The notes below the pieces were generated by a model. That model saw only the letters and a program-made list of their open reading frames with translations. It did not search any database and had not been told where the DNA came from. A DNA stretch of 39,874 nt from an uncultured Alistipes sp. (GTDB lineage: Bacteria; Bacteroidota; Bacteroidia; Bacteroidales; Muribaculaceae). The stretch spans positions 1 to 39,874 of the forward strand of contig CAZKYD010000003.1 of NCBI GenBank assembly GCA_964556875.1, read 5' to 3'. A program made the translations under genes and the position numbers. This document shows, in pieces, positions 8,102 to 18,189 of the stretch; the stretch's first letter is position 1; each line of letters starts with the position of its first letter.

Positions 8102-9325
8102 ATGGAACAGAAGAAAAAAGTTGTAGTCGCCTTCAGCGGCGGTCTTGACACTAGCTTCAACGTTATGTATCTAACCCAAGAATTGGGCTACGAAGTATAT
8201 GCCGCTTGCGCTAACACCGGCGGTTTCTCTCCCGAGCAGCTTGCTCAGAACGAGAAAAACGCCTATCTGCTCGGCGCTAAGAAATATGTAACCATCGATG
8301 TTACAAAGGAATACTACGAAAAGAGCATCAAATATATGATTTTCGGTAACGTGCTCCGCAACGGCACCTACCCCATCTCTGTTTCAAGCGAACGTATCTT
8401 CCAGGCTATGGCTATTGCTCGCTACGCCAAAGAAATCGGAGCTGACGCTATTGCCCACGGTTCAACCGGCGCCGGCAACGACCAGATCCGTTTCGATATG
8501 ACCTTCCTGGTAATGGCTCCGGGCGTTGAAATCATCACCCTTACACGCGACATGGCGCTGACCCGCCAATATGAAGTTGACTACCTCAACCAGCACGGCT
8601 TCAAAGCCGATTTCGCAAAACTGAAATACTCCTACAACGTAGGTATTTGGGGCACCAGCATCTGCGGTGGCGAAATTCTCGATTCTACTCAAGGACTTCC
8701 CGAAAGCGCCTACCTCAAGCAGGTCAGCAAAGAAGGAACCGAAGAAATTCGCATCACCTTCAAAAACGGCGAAATCGACGCCGTTAACGGCGAACACTTC
8801 GACGACAAGATTGCTGCAATTCAGAAAATCGAATCAATCGCAGCGCCTTACGGAATCGGCCGCGATATGCACGTTGGCGACACAATCATCGGCATCAAAG
8901 GACGTGTCGGTTTTGAAGCTGCCGCTCCGATGCTGATTATCGGTGCTCACAAGTTCCTCGAAAAATATACTCTTTCTAAATGGCAACAATACTGGAAAGA
9001 CCAGGTTGCTAACTGGTATGGAATGTTCCTCCACGAAAGCCAGTATCTCGAACCGGTTATGCGCGACATCGAGGCTATGCTCCTTGAAAGCCAGCGCAAC
9101 GTAAACGGCACCGCCATCATGCAGCTACGTCCTTACGGCTTCATGCCGGTAGGCGTCGACAGCGACTGCGACCTGGTTAAGACCAAGTTCGGCGAATATG
9201 GCGAAATGCAGAAAGGCTGGACCAGCGATGACGCTAAGGGCTTCATCAAAGTGCTCTCCACCCCTCTGCGTGTTTACTATTCAAACCACACCGACGAAGG
9301 TAAAAAGCTCGAAGAAGAATTATGA
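8102..9325 (+). CDS. argG: Argininosuccinate synthase
   Basis: Motifs AFSGGLDTS, HGSTGAGNDQIRF and GIKGRVGFEA. Confidence 0.96.
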   Translation: MEQKKKVVVAFSGGLDTSFNVMYLTQELGYEVYAACANTGGFSPEQLAQNEKNAYLLGAKKYVTIDVTKEYYEKSIKYMIFGNVLRNGTYPISVSSERIFQAMAIARYAKEIGADAIAHGSTGAGNDQIRFDMTFLVMAPGVEIITLTRDMALTRQYEVDYLNQHGFKADFAKLKYSYNVGIWGTSICGGEILDSTQGLPESAYLKQVSKEGTEEIRITFKNGEIDAVNGEHFDDKIAAIQKIESIAAPYGIGRDMHVGDTIIGIKGRVGFEAAAPMLIIGAHKFLEKYTLSKWQQYWKDQVANWYGMFLHESQYLEPVMRDIEAMLLESQRNVNGTAIMQLRPYGFMPVGVDSDCDLVKTKFGEYGEMQKGWTSDDAKGFIKVLSTPLRVYYSNHTDEGKKLEEEL

Positions 9326-10287
9326 TAAAGGTTGGAATTATCGGAGCTGCGGGCTATACCGCAGGTGAACTGCTTCGCATCCTGCAAGGCCATCCGATGG
9401 CTGAAGTAGTGTTCGCTCAGAGCAGCAGCCACGCCGGTCATCCCGTTTGGGAAGCCCACAACGACCTCATCGGCGAAACTGATCTTTGCTTCTGCGACGA
9501 AGTCAAAACCGACGATGTTGACTGCATCTTCATATGCTCCGGTCATGGGAAATCAAAAGCAGCCGTTCACGCTCTCCCCGAATCATACAAAGGCGCCATC
9601 ATCGACCTCTCAAACGATTTTCGCTTAGCAGCCGATGCCGAAGACTTTGTTTACGGTCTGCCGGAAGCATTCCGCGAGCAAATCGTGCGCAGCACTCATG
9701 TAGCCAATCCCGGTTGCTTCGCTACAAGCATCCAGCTGGCCCTGCTCCCGGCAGCGAAAGCCGGAATTCTGACCGAAGTACATGTTACCGGCGTAACCGG
9801 TTCAACCGGAGCCGGACAGAAGCCATCAGAAACCACCCATTTCTCTTGGCGCGACAATAATATGTCAATCTACAAAGCGTTTACTCACCAGCATCTCGGC
9901 GAAGTAGGCGAGACTCTGAAACGTCTGCAACCCTCATTCTGCGGCGAAGTAAACTTTGTGCCGATGCGTGGCAACTACGCTCGCGGCATCCTCTCGAGCG
10001 TCTACTTCAATTGTTCGCTCAGCGAAGAAGAAGCCGTAGCTCTCTATAAAGATTATTATCGCAACGAGCCCTTTGTTACTGTTGTTGATTTCAACCCCGA
10101 CATGAAAATGGTTGTGAACACCAACAAAAACATCCTTTACGTAAAGAAATATGGCTCGAAACTGCATATTATCTCCGTTATCGACAACCTTGTAAAAGGT
10201 GCGTCAGGCCAGGCTGTTCAGAATATGAATCTTATTTTCTCTCTTCCCGAAGACCTCGGACTCCGCCTGAAAGCATCTCGCTTTTAA
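9322..10287 (+). CDS. argC: N-acyl-gamma-glutamyl-phosphate reductase
   Basis: Motifs GAAGYTAGEL, IIDLSNDFR, ANPGCF, GSTGAG and DNLVKGASGQAVQNMN. Confidence 0.96.
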   Translation: MIKVGIIGAAGYTAGELLRILQGHPMAEVVFAQSSSHAGHPVWEAHNDLIGETDLCFCDEVKTDDVDCIFICSGHGKSKAAVHALPESYKGAIIDLSNDFRLAADAEDFVYGLPEAFREQIVRSTHVANPGCFATSIQLALLPAAKAGILTEVHVTGVTGSTGAGQKPSETTHFSWRDNNMSIYKAFTHQHLGEVGETLKRLQPSFCGEVNFVPMRGNYARGILSSVYFNCSLSEEEAVALYKDYYRNEPFVTVVDFNPDMKMVVNTNKNILYVKKYGSKLHIISVIDNLVKGASGQAVQNMNLIFSLPEDLGLRLKASRF

Positions 10288-10302
10288 CCTCACTTGTCAA
10301 CT

Positions 10303-11433
10303 ATGAATCTATTTGATGTATATTCCCTCTTCGATGTCACCCCGATAAAGGCTATTGGATGCCAGGTTTGGGACAGCGAAGGCCAACAATATCTCGACCT
10401 CTACGGCGGTCACGCCGTAATCAGTGTCGGACACTCTCATCCCCGCTACGTTGAAGCTATCACAGAGCAGCTAAACCGTATCGGGTTCTACTCCAACAGC
10501 GTAAAGAATCCCCTGCAGGAGGAATTAGCGCAGAAAATCGGCGAGCTCTCAGGCCTGCCCGAATATTCGCTATTCCTCGACAATAGCGGAGCGGAGTCAA
10601 ACGAGAATGCTCTAAAACTTGCATCCTTCGCAACCGGGCGCGACCGCATCATCGCTTTCCACGGCAGTTTCCACGGCCGTACCAGCGGAGCAGTTGCCGT
10701 AACCGACAACCCGGCGATCGTCTCTCCCTTTAATGCCAACCATAAGGTAACGTTCTGCAATCTCAATGATATCGAATCAGTAGAACAGGAGCTGAAAAAA
10801 GGTGACGTTGCCGGTGTGATTATCGAAGGAATTCAAGGTGTCGGCGGCATCAAGTTGCCTACTGACGAATTTCTGCAGCAGCTCTCGGTTGTCACCAAGA
10901 AATATGGCACAAAGCTGATCCTCGACGAAGTTCAAAGTGGCTATGGCCGTACCGGTAAATTTTTCGCGCATCAATGGGCCGGCATCAAACCGGACATTAT
11001 CACCATGGCAAAAGGCATGGGTAACGGATTCCCCGTTGGCGGCATCCTGATTTCTCCGGAATTTGAAGCCAAGAAAGGTATGCTCGGCACCACCTTCGGC
11101 GGCAACTATCTCGCCATGGCAGCAGCCATCGCCGTCGCCGACATTATCCGCGACGAAAAGCTTATGGAGAATGTGCAGAAAGTTGGCGAATATCTCAAAC
11201 AGAATATCCCCGCGTCGCCGCTTATCAAAGAAGTGCGTGGCAAAGGCCTCATGCTCGGCATCGAATTTAACGAACCGGTAGCAGATATCCGCAAGAAGCT
11301 GCTATTCGAAAAACATATCTTCACCGGTGTTGCCGGGAAGAACATGGTACGTCTGTTAGCTCCGTTAGTTCTGAGCTTAGACGAAGCTTCGGTATTTATT
11401 GAAGCCCTTACCGACATTCTCAACTCAAAATAA
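10303..11433 (+). CDS. argD: N-acylornithine aminotransferase (class III PLP enzyme)
   Basis: Motifs YLDLYGGHAV, NSGAESNENALK, FHGRT, DEVQSGYGRTG and TMAKG. The ATG at 10303 is preferred over TTG at 10294. Confidence 0.93.
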   Translation: MNLFDVYSLFDVTPIKAIGCQVWDSEGQQYLDLYGGHAVISVGHSHPRYVEAITEQLNRIGFYSNSVKNPLQEELAQKIGELSGLPEYSLFLDNSGAESNENALKLASFATGRDRIIAFHGSFHGRTSGAVAVTDNPAIVSPFNANHKVTFCNLNDIESVEQELKKGDVAGVIIEGIQGVGGIKLPTDEFLQQLSVVTKKYGTKLILDEVQSGYGRTGKFFAHQWAGIKPDIITMAKGMGNGFPVGGILISPEFEAKKGMLGTTFGGNYLAMAAAIAVADIIRDEKLMENVQKVGEYLKQNIPASPLIKEVRGKGLMLGIEFNEPVADIRKKLLFEKHIFTGVAGKNMVRLLAPLVLSLDEASVFIEALTDILNSK

Positions 11434-11476
11434 TCCACACCTGTAATTCAAACCCACCCCCCACTATATCACCCCT

Positions 11477-12424
11477 ATGAAATCTTTCTTCCACGTATCC
11501 GACATAGGCGACCTTAACGCCGCTCTCGCTGAAGCAAAAGAGGTAAAAAACAACCCCTTTGCATGGCAAAATTTGGGCAAGAACAAAACTATCATGCTCA
11601 TCTTTTTCAACTCGAGCTTGCGTACACGTCTGTCTTCTCAGAAAGCAGCCTACAACCTCGGCATGAACCCCATCGTGCTGAATATCGGCAAAGATAGCTG
11701 GCAGCTGGAAACTGAAATGGGTGTGGTAATGGATGGCGACAAGTCGGAACACCTACGCGAAGCTATTCCCGTAATCGGCTCGTACTGCGACATCATCGGT
11801 GTACGTTCGTTTGCCGGTCTTACCGATAAAGAGTTTGACTACAACGAGACTATCCTCAGCCAGTTTATCGAATATTCCGGTCGTCCGGTAATCTCATTGG
11901 AAAGCGCTACGGTTCACCCCTGCCAAGCGTTTGCCGACCTCATCACCATTGATGAATACAAGCATAAAGCCCGCCCGAAGGTAGTCCTCACCTGGGCACC
12001 TCATCCCCGTGCACTGCCGCAAGCTGTGCCCAACTCGTTTGCAGAATGGATGAACGCTGCCGATGTTGACTTCGTAATCACTAACCCCGAAGGCTACGAT
12101 CTGGATCCTCGTTTTGCAGGAAATGCACATATCGAACGCGACCAAATGAAGGCCCTCGAAGGTGCCGACTTCGTTTACGCAAAAAACTGGTCGAGCGTTG
12201 AACAGTACGGCCAGATTCTGAATAAAGATCTCTCCTGGACCGTTAGCGCCAAACACATGGCGGTAACCAATAACGCTTACTTCATGCATTGCCTGCCGGT
12301 ACGTCGCAACATGATCGTTACCGACGAAGTTATCGACTCACCCCGCTCACTGGTTATCCCGGAAGCCGCTAACCGCGTAGTTTCGGCTCAAGTGGTAATG
12401 AAGCGCATGCTCGAATCTCTATAA
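11477..12424 (+). CDS. argF': N-succinylornithine/N-acetylornithine carbamoyltransferase (ArgF')
   Basis: SSLRT, HPCQ and HCLP carbamoyltransferase motifs, plus the ArgF'-type segments WQLE..GVVMDGDKSEH and WAPHPRALPQAV. Confidence 0.92.
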   Translation: MKSFFHVSDIGDLNAALAEAKEVKNNPFAWQNLGKNKTIMLIFFNSSLRTRLSSQKAAYNLGMNPIVLNIGKDSWQLETEMGVVMDGDKSEHLREAIPVIGSYCDIIGVRSFAGLTDKEFDYNETILSQFIEYSGRPVISLESATVHPCQAFADLITIDEYKHKARPKVVLTWAPHPRALPQAVPNSFAEWMNAADVDFVITNPEGYDLDPRFAGNAHIERDQMKALEGADFVYAKNWSSVEQYGQILNKDLSWTVSAKHMAVTNNAYFMHCLPVRRNMIVTDEVIDSPRSLVIPEAANRVVSAQVVMKRMLESL

Positions 12425-12453
12425 ATCGCCTATCGGCAAAACTACTACAGATA

Positions 12454-13215
12454 ATGAAGAAACTGACAGTAATAAAAGTTGGTGGCGCCTTGGTTGAAAA
12501 TGAGGCCTCTCTCGCCGAACTTCTCCAACAGTTTTCAAAACTCGAAGGGAAGAAAATACTGGTTCACGGAGGCGGGCGTTCAGCCACAGCATTGGCGGCC
12601 GAGTTAGGCATCGAAAGCAAAATGGTTGGCGGTCGACGCATCACCGACGCTGAGATGCTCCGCGTGGTCACAATGGTCTATGGTGGCTTGGTCAACAAAA
12701 CGATTGTAGCCAAACTGCAGGGTCTGGATATCGATGCTATCGGCTTAACCGGTGCTGACCTCAACATTATCCGTAGCGAAAAACGTCCGGTAAAGGATGT
12801 GGATTATGGTTTTGTCGGCGATGTAAAGAAAGCCAACGGCGGCAAGATAGCCAACCTGCTCGAAATGGGTGCCGTGCCGGTAATTGCCCCCCTTACCCAC
12901 GATGGCAACGGACAAATGCTCAACACCAATGCCGACACTATGGCGGCAACCGTAGCTACCGCGCTCGCGCCTTATTACGATGTCACCCTTACTTACTGCT
13001 TCGAAAAAGCCGGCGTGCTAAAGAATCCCGACGATGATTCGTCGCTGATTCCGGTAATCACTGCCGACGATTTCAAAAGCTTAGTTGATAATGGCACGGT
13101 TTCCGGCGGCATGATTCCCAAAATCGAGAATGCCCTGTCGGCCGTTAACCAAGGTGTCAAAAAGGTAGTAATCACTTCCGCCAACGACCTCGAAGGAGGA
13201 ACAACAATCCGATGA
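12454..13215 (+). CDS. argB: N-acylglutamate kinase
   Basis: Motifs VIKVGG, VHGGG, GRRITD, NTNAD and GGMIPK. Confidence 0.95.
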   Translation: MKKLTVIKVGGALVENEASLAELLQQFSKLEGKKILVHGGGRSATALAAELGIESKMVGGRRITDAEMLRVVTMVYGGLVNKTIVAKLQGLDIDAIGLTGADLNIIRSEKRPVKDVDYGFVGDVKKANGGKIANLLEMGAVPVIAPLTHDGNGQMLNTNADTMAATVATALAPYYDVTLTYCFEKAGVLKNPDDDSSLIPVITADDFKSLVDNGTVSGGMIPKIENALSAVNQGVKKVVITSANDLEGGTTIR

Positions 13216-14258
13216 CCGACTATTTCAACCTACTCGCCTCAATTATTGCTATCCCCTCGATAAGTCGAGAGGAAACCGCCGTTGCCGACTTTTTAGAAAG
13301 TTGGATGGAGAAGCGCGGATTGCCGGTAAGGCGAAAAGGGAATAATCTTTGGTGTATGGATGAGTATGCGGCCGACGATAAGCGCCCGTTGCTAATGTTG
13401 AACGCGCATATCGACACGGTCCGTCCGGCAGCCGGTTATACCCGCGACCCATTCACCCCCACCTTTGAGGATGGACGCCTTTATGGCCTGGGAGCTAACG
13501 ACGATGGGGGCTCATTAGTAGCACTGCTCAGTGTTTACGAGCGCCTACGCCACACCTCTCAACCCTATCGCTTACTATTTTCAGCCACGGCTGAAGAGGA
13601 AGTCAGCGGTGTAGGTGGCTTAGACCTGCTTCTCCCTGATTTAGGGGAAATCGATTTCGCTATCATAGGCGAACCGACTAAGATGCAGATGGCTGTTGCT
13701 GAAAAGGGGTTGATGGTGCTGGATTGTACCGCCCACGGACGTAGCGGTCATGCCGCACGCAACGAGGGTGACAATGCTCTTTATCACGCCATCGACGATA
13801 TCAGCTGGTTTCGCAATCATCATTTCGAGAAAGTATCTCCATTTCTCGGCGAAGTAAAGATGTCGGTAACACAGATTCAAGCCGGCACACAGCATAATGT
13901 TATTCCCGATAGTTGCACATTCGTTGTTGATGTACGTCCCAACGGGCTCTACAGCAATCCGGAATTAGTAGAGATGATTCGCGAATCGGTAACCTGCGAT
14001 GTCAAACCGCGTAGCACACGCCTGAACAGCTCGAATTTACCGACCGACCATCCGGCTGTTGTGCGTGGAGTAGAATTAGGCCTTACCTGTTTCGGCTCAC
14101 CTACAACATCTAACCAGGCTATTTCCCCCTTCCCCACCCTGAAAATCGGGCCGGGCGACTCAGCTCGTTCGCATACCGCCAACGAATATATCGAACTTCA
14201 AGAAATTGAACAAGGCGCTGAAATCTACTTCTCTCTTCTAAATAATCTTTCAATTTAA
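13212..14258 (+). CDS. argE: M20 family deacylase (ArgE-like)
   Basis: Motifs LNAHIDTV, GANDDGG, AEEE, GEPT and HTANE, plus its position in the arg operon. Confidence 0.85.
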   Translation: MTDYFNLLASIIAIPSISREETAVADFLESWMEKRGLPVRRKGNNLWCMDEYAADDKRPLLMLNAHIDTVRPAAGYTRDPFTPTFEDGRLYGLGANDDGGSLVALLSVYERLRHTSQPYRLLFSATAEEEVSGVGGLDLLLPDLGEIDFAIIGEPTKMQMAVAEKGLMVLDCTAHGRSGHAARNEGDNALYHAIDDISWFRNHHFEKVSPFLGEVKMSVTQIQAGTQHNVIPDSCTFVVDVRPNGLYSNPELVEMIRESVTCDVKPRSTRLNSSNLPTDHPAVVRGVELGLTCFGSPTTSNQAISPFPTLKIGPGDSARSHTANEYIELQEIEQGAEIYFSLLNNLSI

Positions 14259-14283
14259 ACTACTTCACTCAATCATATAAGTT

Positions 14284-15615
14284 ATGAAACTCTGGGACAA
14301 AGGCTTTAAAGAAGATGAACGCATCGACCGTTTCACCGTTGGTCACGACCGCGAAATGGACCTCTATCTCGCTCCATATGATATTCTCGGCACGATGGCC
14401 CACATCACCATGCTCGAAAGCGTTGGCTTGCTCGAAAAGAGTGAGCTCGATATGCTGCTGCCGGTGCTGAAAGAGTTTTATAACGATGCCCTTGAAGGCA
14501 ACTTCGTGATTGAAGATGGCATCGAAGATGTCCATTCTCAAGTTGAATTGATGCTGACTCGCCGACTGGGCGACGTTGGCAAAAAAGTGCATACCGGCCG
14601 CTCTCGCAACGACCAAGTAATGGTCGACGTAAAACTGTTTGCTCGTGCTGAAATCGAAAAAACAGTCCACAAAATCGAACATCTCTTCGACCTGCTCCAG
14701 CAGAAAAGCGAGCAATATAAAGATGTACTTATCCCCGGCTACACTCATCTGCAAGTGGCAATGCCGTCATCGTTCGGATTATGGTTTGGCGCCTACGCCG
14801 AATCGCTTGCCGACGACCTACTGATGATGAAAGCCGCTTGGGACACAACCAACCAGAATCCCCTCGGCGCGGCTGCCGGCTACGGCTCCTCAGCCCCCCT
14901 CAACCGCCGATTGACAACCGAACTGCTCGGATTCGACGACCTGGACTACAACGTTGTTTACGCCCAAATGGGACGCGGCAAAACCGAACGCATCATCGCC
15001 TTCGCCTATGCCACTGTTGCTGAAACTATCGGACGTCTCGCCGTTGACGGCTGCTTATATACCAGCCAAAACTTCGGGTTCCTCCATCTGCCCGACTCGC
15101 TTACCACCGGCTCCTCAATCATGCCCCACAAGAAGAACCCAGATGTATTCGAACTTGTGCGCGCTCATTGCAATAAGATTCAAGGCGTACAGAACTCCAT
15201 CCGCCTCATCACCACCAATCTTCCCTCCGGCTATTTCCGCGATATGCAGCTCATCAAAGAAGTGTTCATCCCCCTGTTTGAAGAGATGAACGACTGCATC
15301 GACATCGTAGCTTATGCTGTCGAAAACATGGAAGTATGCCAAAACGTTATGGATAATCCGCTCTACAAACTCGCCTTCACCGTTGAAGAAGTCAACCATC
15401 TCGTAGAGCAAGGAGTCCCCTTCCGCGACGCATATCGCCAGGTTGGCATGGCCGTTCAGCGCGGCGAATTTGAATATCACGGCACCCTCAACCACACCCA
15501 CGAAGGCTCTATCGGCAATCTCTGCACCGCCGAAATCCGCAGCAAATTCTCCGCAGCCCTCTCCACCTTCACCTTCGCCCGCGTTAATTCTGCTATCGCC
15601 GCCCTCACCAAGTAA
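14284..15615 (+). CDS. argH: Argininosuccinate lyase
   Basis: Motifs KLW, EDVH, HTGRSRNDQ, PGYTHLQ, GSSIMPHKKNPD and GVPFRDAY. Confidence 0.96.
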   Translation: MKLWDKGFKEDERIDRFTVGHDREMDLYLAPYDILGTMAHITMLESVGLLEKSELDMLLPVLKEFYNDALEGNFVIEDGIEDVHSQVELMLTRRLGDVGKKVHTGRSRNDQVMVDVKLFARAEIEKTVHKIEHLFDLLQQKSEQYKDVLIPGYTHLQVAMPSSFGLWFGAYAESLADDLLMMKAAWDTTNQNPLGAAAGYGSSAPLNRRLTTELLGFDDLDYNVVYAQMGRGKTERIIAFAYATVAETIGRLAVDGCLYTSQNFGFLHLPDSLTTGSSIMPHKKNPDVFELVRAHCNKIQGVQNSIRLITTNLPSGYFRDMQLIKEVFIPLFEEMNDCIDIVAYAVENMEVCQNVMDNPLYKLAFTVEEVNHLVEQGVPFRDAYRQVGMAVQRGEFEYHGTLNHTHEGSIGNLCTAEIRSKFSAALSTFTFARVNSAIAALTK

Positions 15616-15719
15616 TTACGCATACGCTTCCACGCATATACAGGCTCAGGCTATCCTTAAATTTCGCTAAATTGGGGTAGAATGATGTGGAATTTTTTTT
15701 AATAGTCTGTTATTTTATT

Positions 15720-15727
15720 TAACTTTG
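15720..15727 (+). promoter_or_regulatory. Bacteroidetes -7 promoter element upstream of the acyltransferase
   Basis: TAACTTTG in an AT-rich intergenic region. No clear -33 element. Confidence 0.65.
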
Positions 15728-15806
15728 CAATGTATATGCCCCCTGAGGGGCTTCAAAAAAGTGTATGACGGGGCGCTAAACAGCGCCACTCCATAACCTT
15801 ATCATC

Positions 15807-16967
15807 ATGATAGCAGAAGAATACAAAGATATAGCCCCCTACGACGATTCTGAATTCGTCGAGAAGATGGAACAGCTCATCAATGATCCAGGCTTCAAGA
15901 ATGCCATTCAATATGTCCTTCCTGAAGCTGATTTCAATCAACTGTCCAAACAGCTTCTCTCGTTAAAAGGGAAAGATGAGTTTCAGCACACCATTATGCG
16001 CGAAATTCTTCTGCGATTAGAAAAAGCAACTACATCAGGCGTTACCAACTCTGTTGAAGATGGCGTAGACCTCAAGAAATCGCGTCTATACATTTCCAAC
16101 CACCGCGACATCGTGCTGGATGCATCATTCCTGGGTCTGGTCATGTTCCGCCACAATATTTTAGCGCAAGAAATTGCTCTCGGCGATAACCTGCTGATTT
16201 ATCCTTGGATTGAAAACCTGGTACGTCTCAATAAGGGCATTATCGTTAAGCGTAACCTCCGCTTAACAAAGGCTTTAGAGGCCGCAAAGCAACTTTCAGG
16301 CTATCTCCATTATTGCATTAACGAGAAGAAAGAATCGGCCTGGATTGCTCAGCGCGAAGGCCGTGCCAAGGATTCTAACGACCGCACCCAAGAGTCTGTG
16401 CTGAAAATGCTCGCTCTTAGTGGCGATCGCGACAACCTCGTAGAGCGCCTAATCGAATTGAACCTCACCCCGGTTGCCATTTCTTACGAATTTGACCCCA
16501 ACGATTATCTGAAAGCTACCGAATTCCTGGCTCGTCGCCGTGATCCCGAATTTAAGAAATCTCAGCGCGACGACCTCAAGAGCATGGAGACCGGTCTACT
16601 TAAATACAAAGGACAGGTTCACTTCTCTATCTGCAAAGAGATCAACGCCGGCCTGGAACCGCTTCGCAACTCTACCGACAAAGTTGAAATTATCCGCCGA
16701 GCATGCGCTCTGATCGACCACGCTATCCATTCGAGCTATAAGATTTATCCGGTAAACTATTACGCCTTAGACACATTCGATGGCACTAACCGTTTTGCCG
16801 ATAAATATACCGATGCTCAGGCAGAACAGTATGCACAGTATTTCAACAACCAGCTCGACAAAGTTCAACTTCCCGACGTTACCGCTGAAGAACGCGAATT
16901 TATGCTCCGAGCAATGTTGAACATGTATGCCAATCCTTTGCGCAATCAACTCGAAACTTCTAAATAA
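15807..16967 (+). CDS. Phospholipid/glycerol acyltransferase (PlsB/PlsC superfamily)
   Basis: Catalytic block NHRDIVLD, GDNL, WIAQREGRAKD and PVAISYE. Confidence 0.88.
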   Translation: MIAEEYKDIAPYDDSEFVEKMEQLINDPGFKNAIQYVLPEADFNQLSKQLLSLKGKDEFQHTIMREILLRLEKATTSGVTNSVEDGVDLKKSRLYISNHRDIVLDASFLGLVMFRHNILAQEIALGDNLLIYPWIENLVRLNKGIIVKRNLRLTKALEAAKQLSGYLHYCINEKKESAWIAQREGRAKDSNDRTQESVLKMLALSGDRDNLVERLIELNLTPVAISYEFDPNDYLKATEFLARRRDPEFKKSQRDDLKSMETGLLKYKGQVHFSICKEINAGLEPLRNSTDKVEIIRRACALIDHAIHSSYKIYPVNYYALDTFDGTNRFADKYTDAQAEQYAQYFNNQLDKVQLPDVTAEEREFMLRAMLNMYANPLRNQLETSK

Positions 16968-16982
16968 GAAGGCACCTAAATA

Positions 16983-18173
16983 ATGCGAGTAGCACTCTTT
17001 CCTCTTATCATATTTCTGCTGCTTAATCTCCTTTTAGACTGGTATATCTTTCATCAGATAGACCATCGCTCAAGCCATGCCCGTCAGTGGAAAAAGTGGC
17101 TTATAAGAGTATTAGCACTAATTGAAGTTGTGTTGCTAATCGGAATTATCGTTCCGGCACGCCAGGGCAACAACGAAGTATTGCTGACCAAGATGTGGCT
17201 GCTCTTCAGCTTCGGCACGGTCTTTATCCCGAAACTTATAGCTCTGCTTTTCGACCTAATCGCCGCAATTCCCACCCTTTTCAAGCGCCAACGAATCACC
17301 CCGATAACAATCGCCGGACTGATTCTTGCCGGAGTATTATTCCTGGCAACATGGTGGGGCGCCCTCATCAATCGTTTTAATCTTCAAGACTCGGAAGTCG
17401 ACATTGAAATTGCATCGTTACCTCATAGCTTCGAAGGCTACAAAATCGTGCAATTCTCTGACCTTCACAGCGGCACCTACAACAAAGACACTACTTATGT
17501 CAGCCGTTTGGTTGACCATATCAATAGCCTGAACCCCGACCTAATCGTGTTTACAGGCGATATCGTAAACCGACGTTCGTCGGAAATGAAACCATTTGTC
17601 AGCACTCTCAGTCGCCTGCACGCAAAAGACGGCGTAATTGCTATCCTTGGTAACCACGACTATGGCGACTACATGACGTGGAAAACGCCGGCCGACAAAG
17701 CCGCTAACATGGACGAACTTTACCGCTATTATCAGCAAACCGGTATTCGCCTGCTCCGCAACGAAACCGAATGGATTCATCGCGGTTCGGATTCCATTGC
17801 GATTATCGGAGTTGAAAATATCGGTGACGCTCCATTCCCGGTTTACGGCTCACTTTCACAAGCTTATCCTGCGCTTCACGACAACAATACGAAGATTCTG
17901 CTATCCCACAATCCAGCCCACTGGGTTGATTCTATCGCCGACAACAAAAACATGGCTGTAGACCTTACCCTTGCCGGCCACACCCACGCTATGCAGATCG
18001 AAATAGCCGGATTTTCCCCTGCCGTTTGGCGTTACAAAACTTGGGGTGGACTTTACTCCGACACTACCAATCAACGCCCATTATATGTAAATATCGGTAT
18101 CGGCACCGTTGGTATGCCGATGCGTTTGGGCGCCACTCCAGAGGTTACCACCTTTATACTCCATCATCCTTAA
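16983..18173 (+). CDS. Membrane-anchored metallophosphoesterase (YkuE/YaeI-like)
   Basis: N-terminal TM helices, then SDLH, FTGD, GNHD, SHNP and GHTH calcineurin-like motifs. Confidence 0.9.
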   Translation: MRVALFPLIIFLLLNLLLDWYIFHQIDHRSSHARQWKKWLIRVLALIEVVLLIGIIVPARQGNNEVLLTKMWLLFSFGTVFIPKLIALLFDLIAAIPTLFKRQRITPITIAGLILAGVLFLATWWGALINRFNLQDSEVDIEIASLPHSFEGYKIVQFSDLHSGTYNKDTTYVSRLVDHINSLNPDLIVFTGDIVNRRSSEMKPFVSTLSRLHAKDGVIAILGNHDYGDYMTWKTPADKAANMDELYRYYQQTGIRLLRNETEWIHRGSDSIAIIGVENIGDAPFPVYGSLSQAYPALHDNNTKILLSHNPAHWVDSIADNKNMAVDLTLAGHTHAMQIEIAGFSPAVWRYKTWGGLYSDTTNQRPLYVNIGIGTVGMPMRLGATPEVTTFILHHP

Positions 18174-18189
18174 TCCTTACCCTTTCATC

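Noticed and set aside
15651-15680. Possible terminator after argH
   Set aside because: The stem depends on several G-U pairs and a bulge, and there is no adjacent U-tract.
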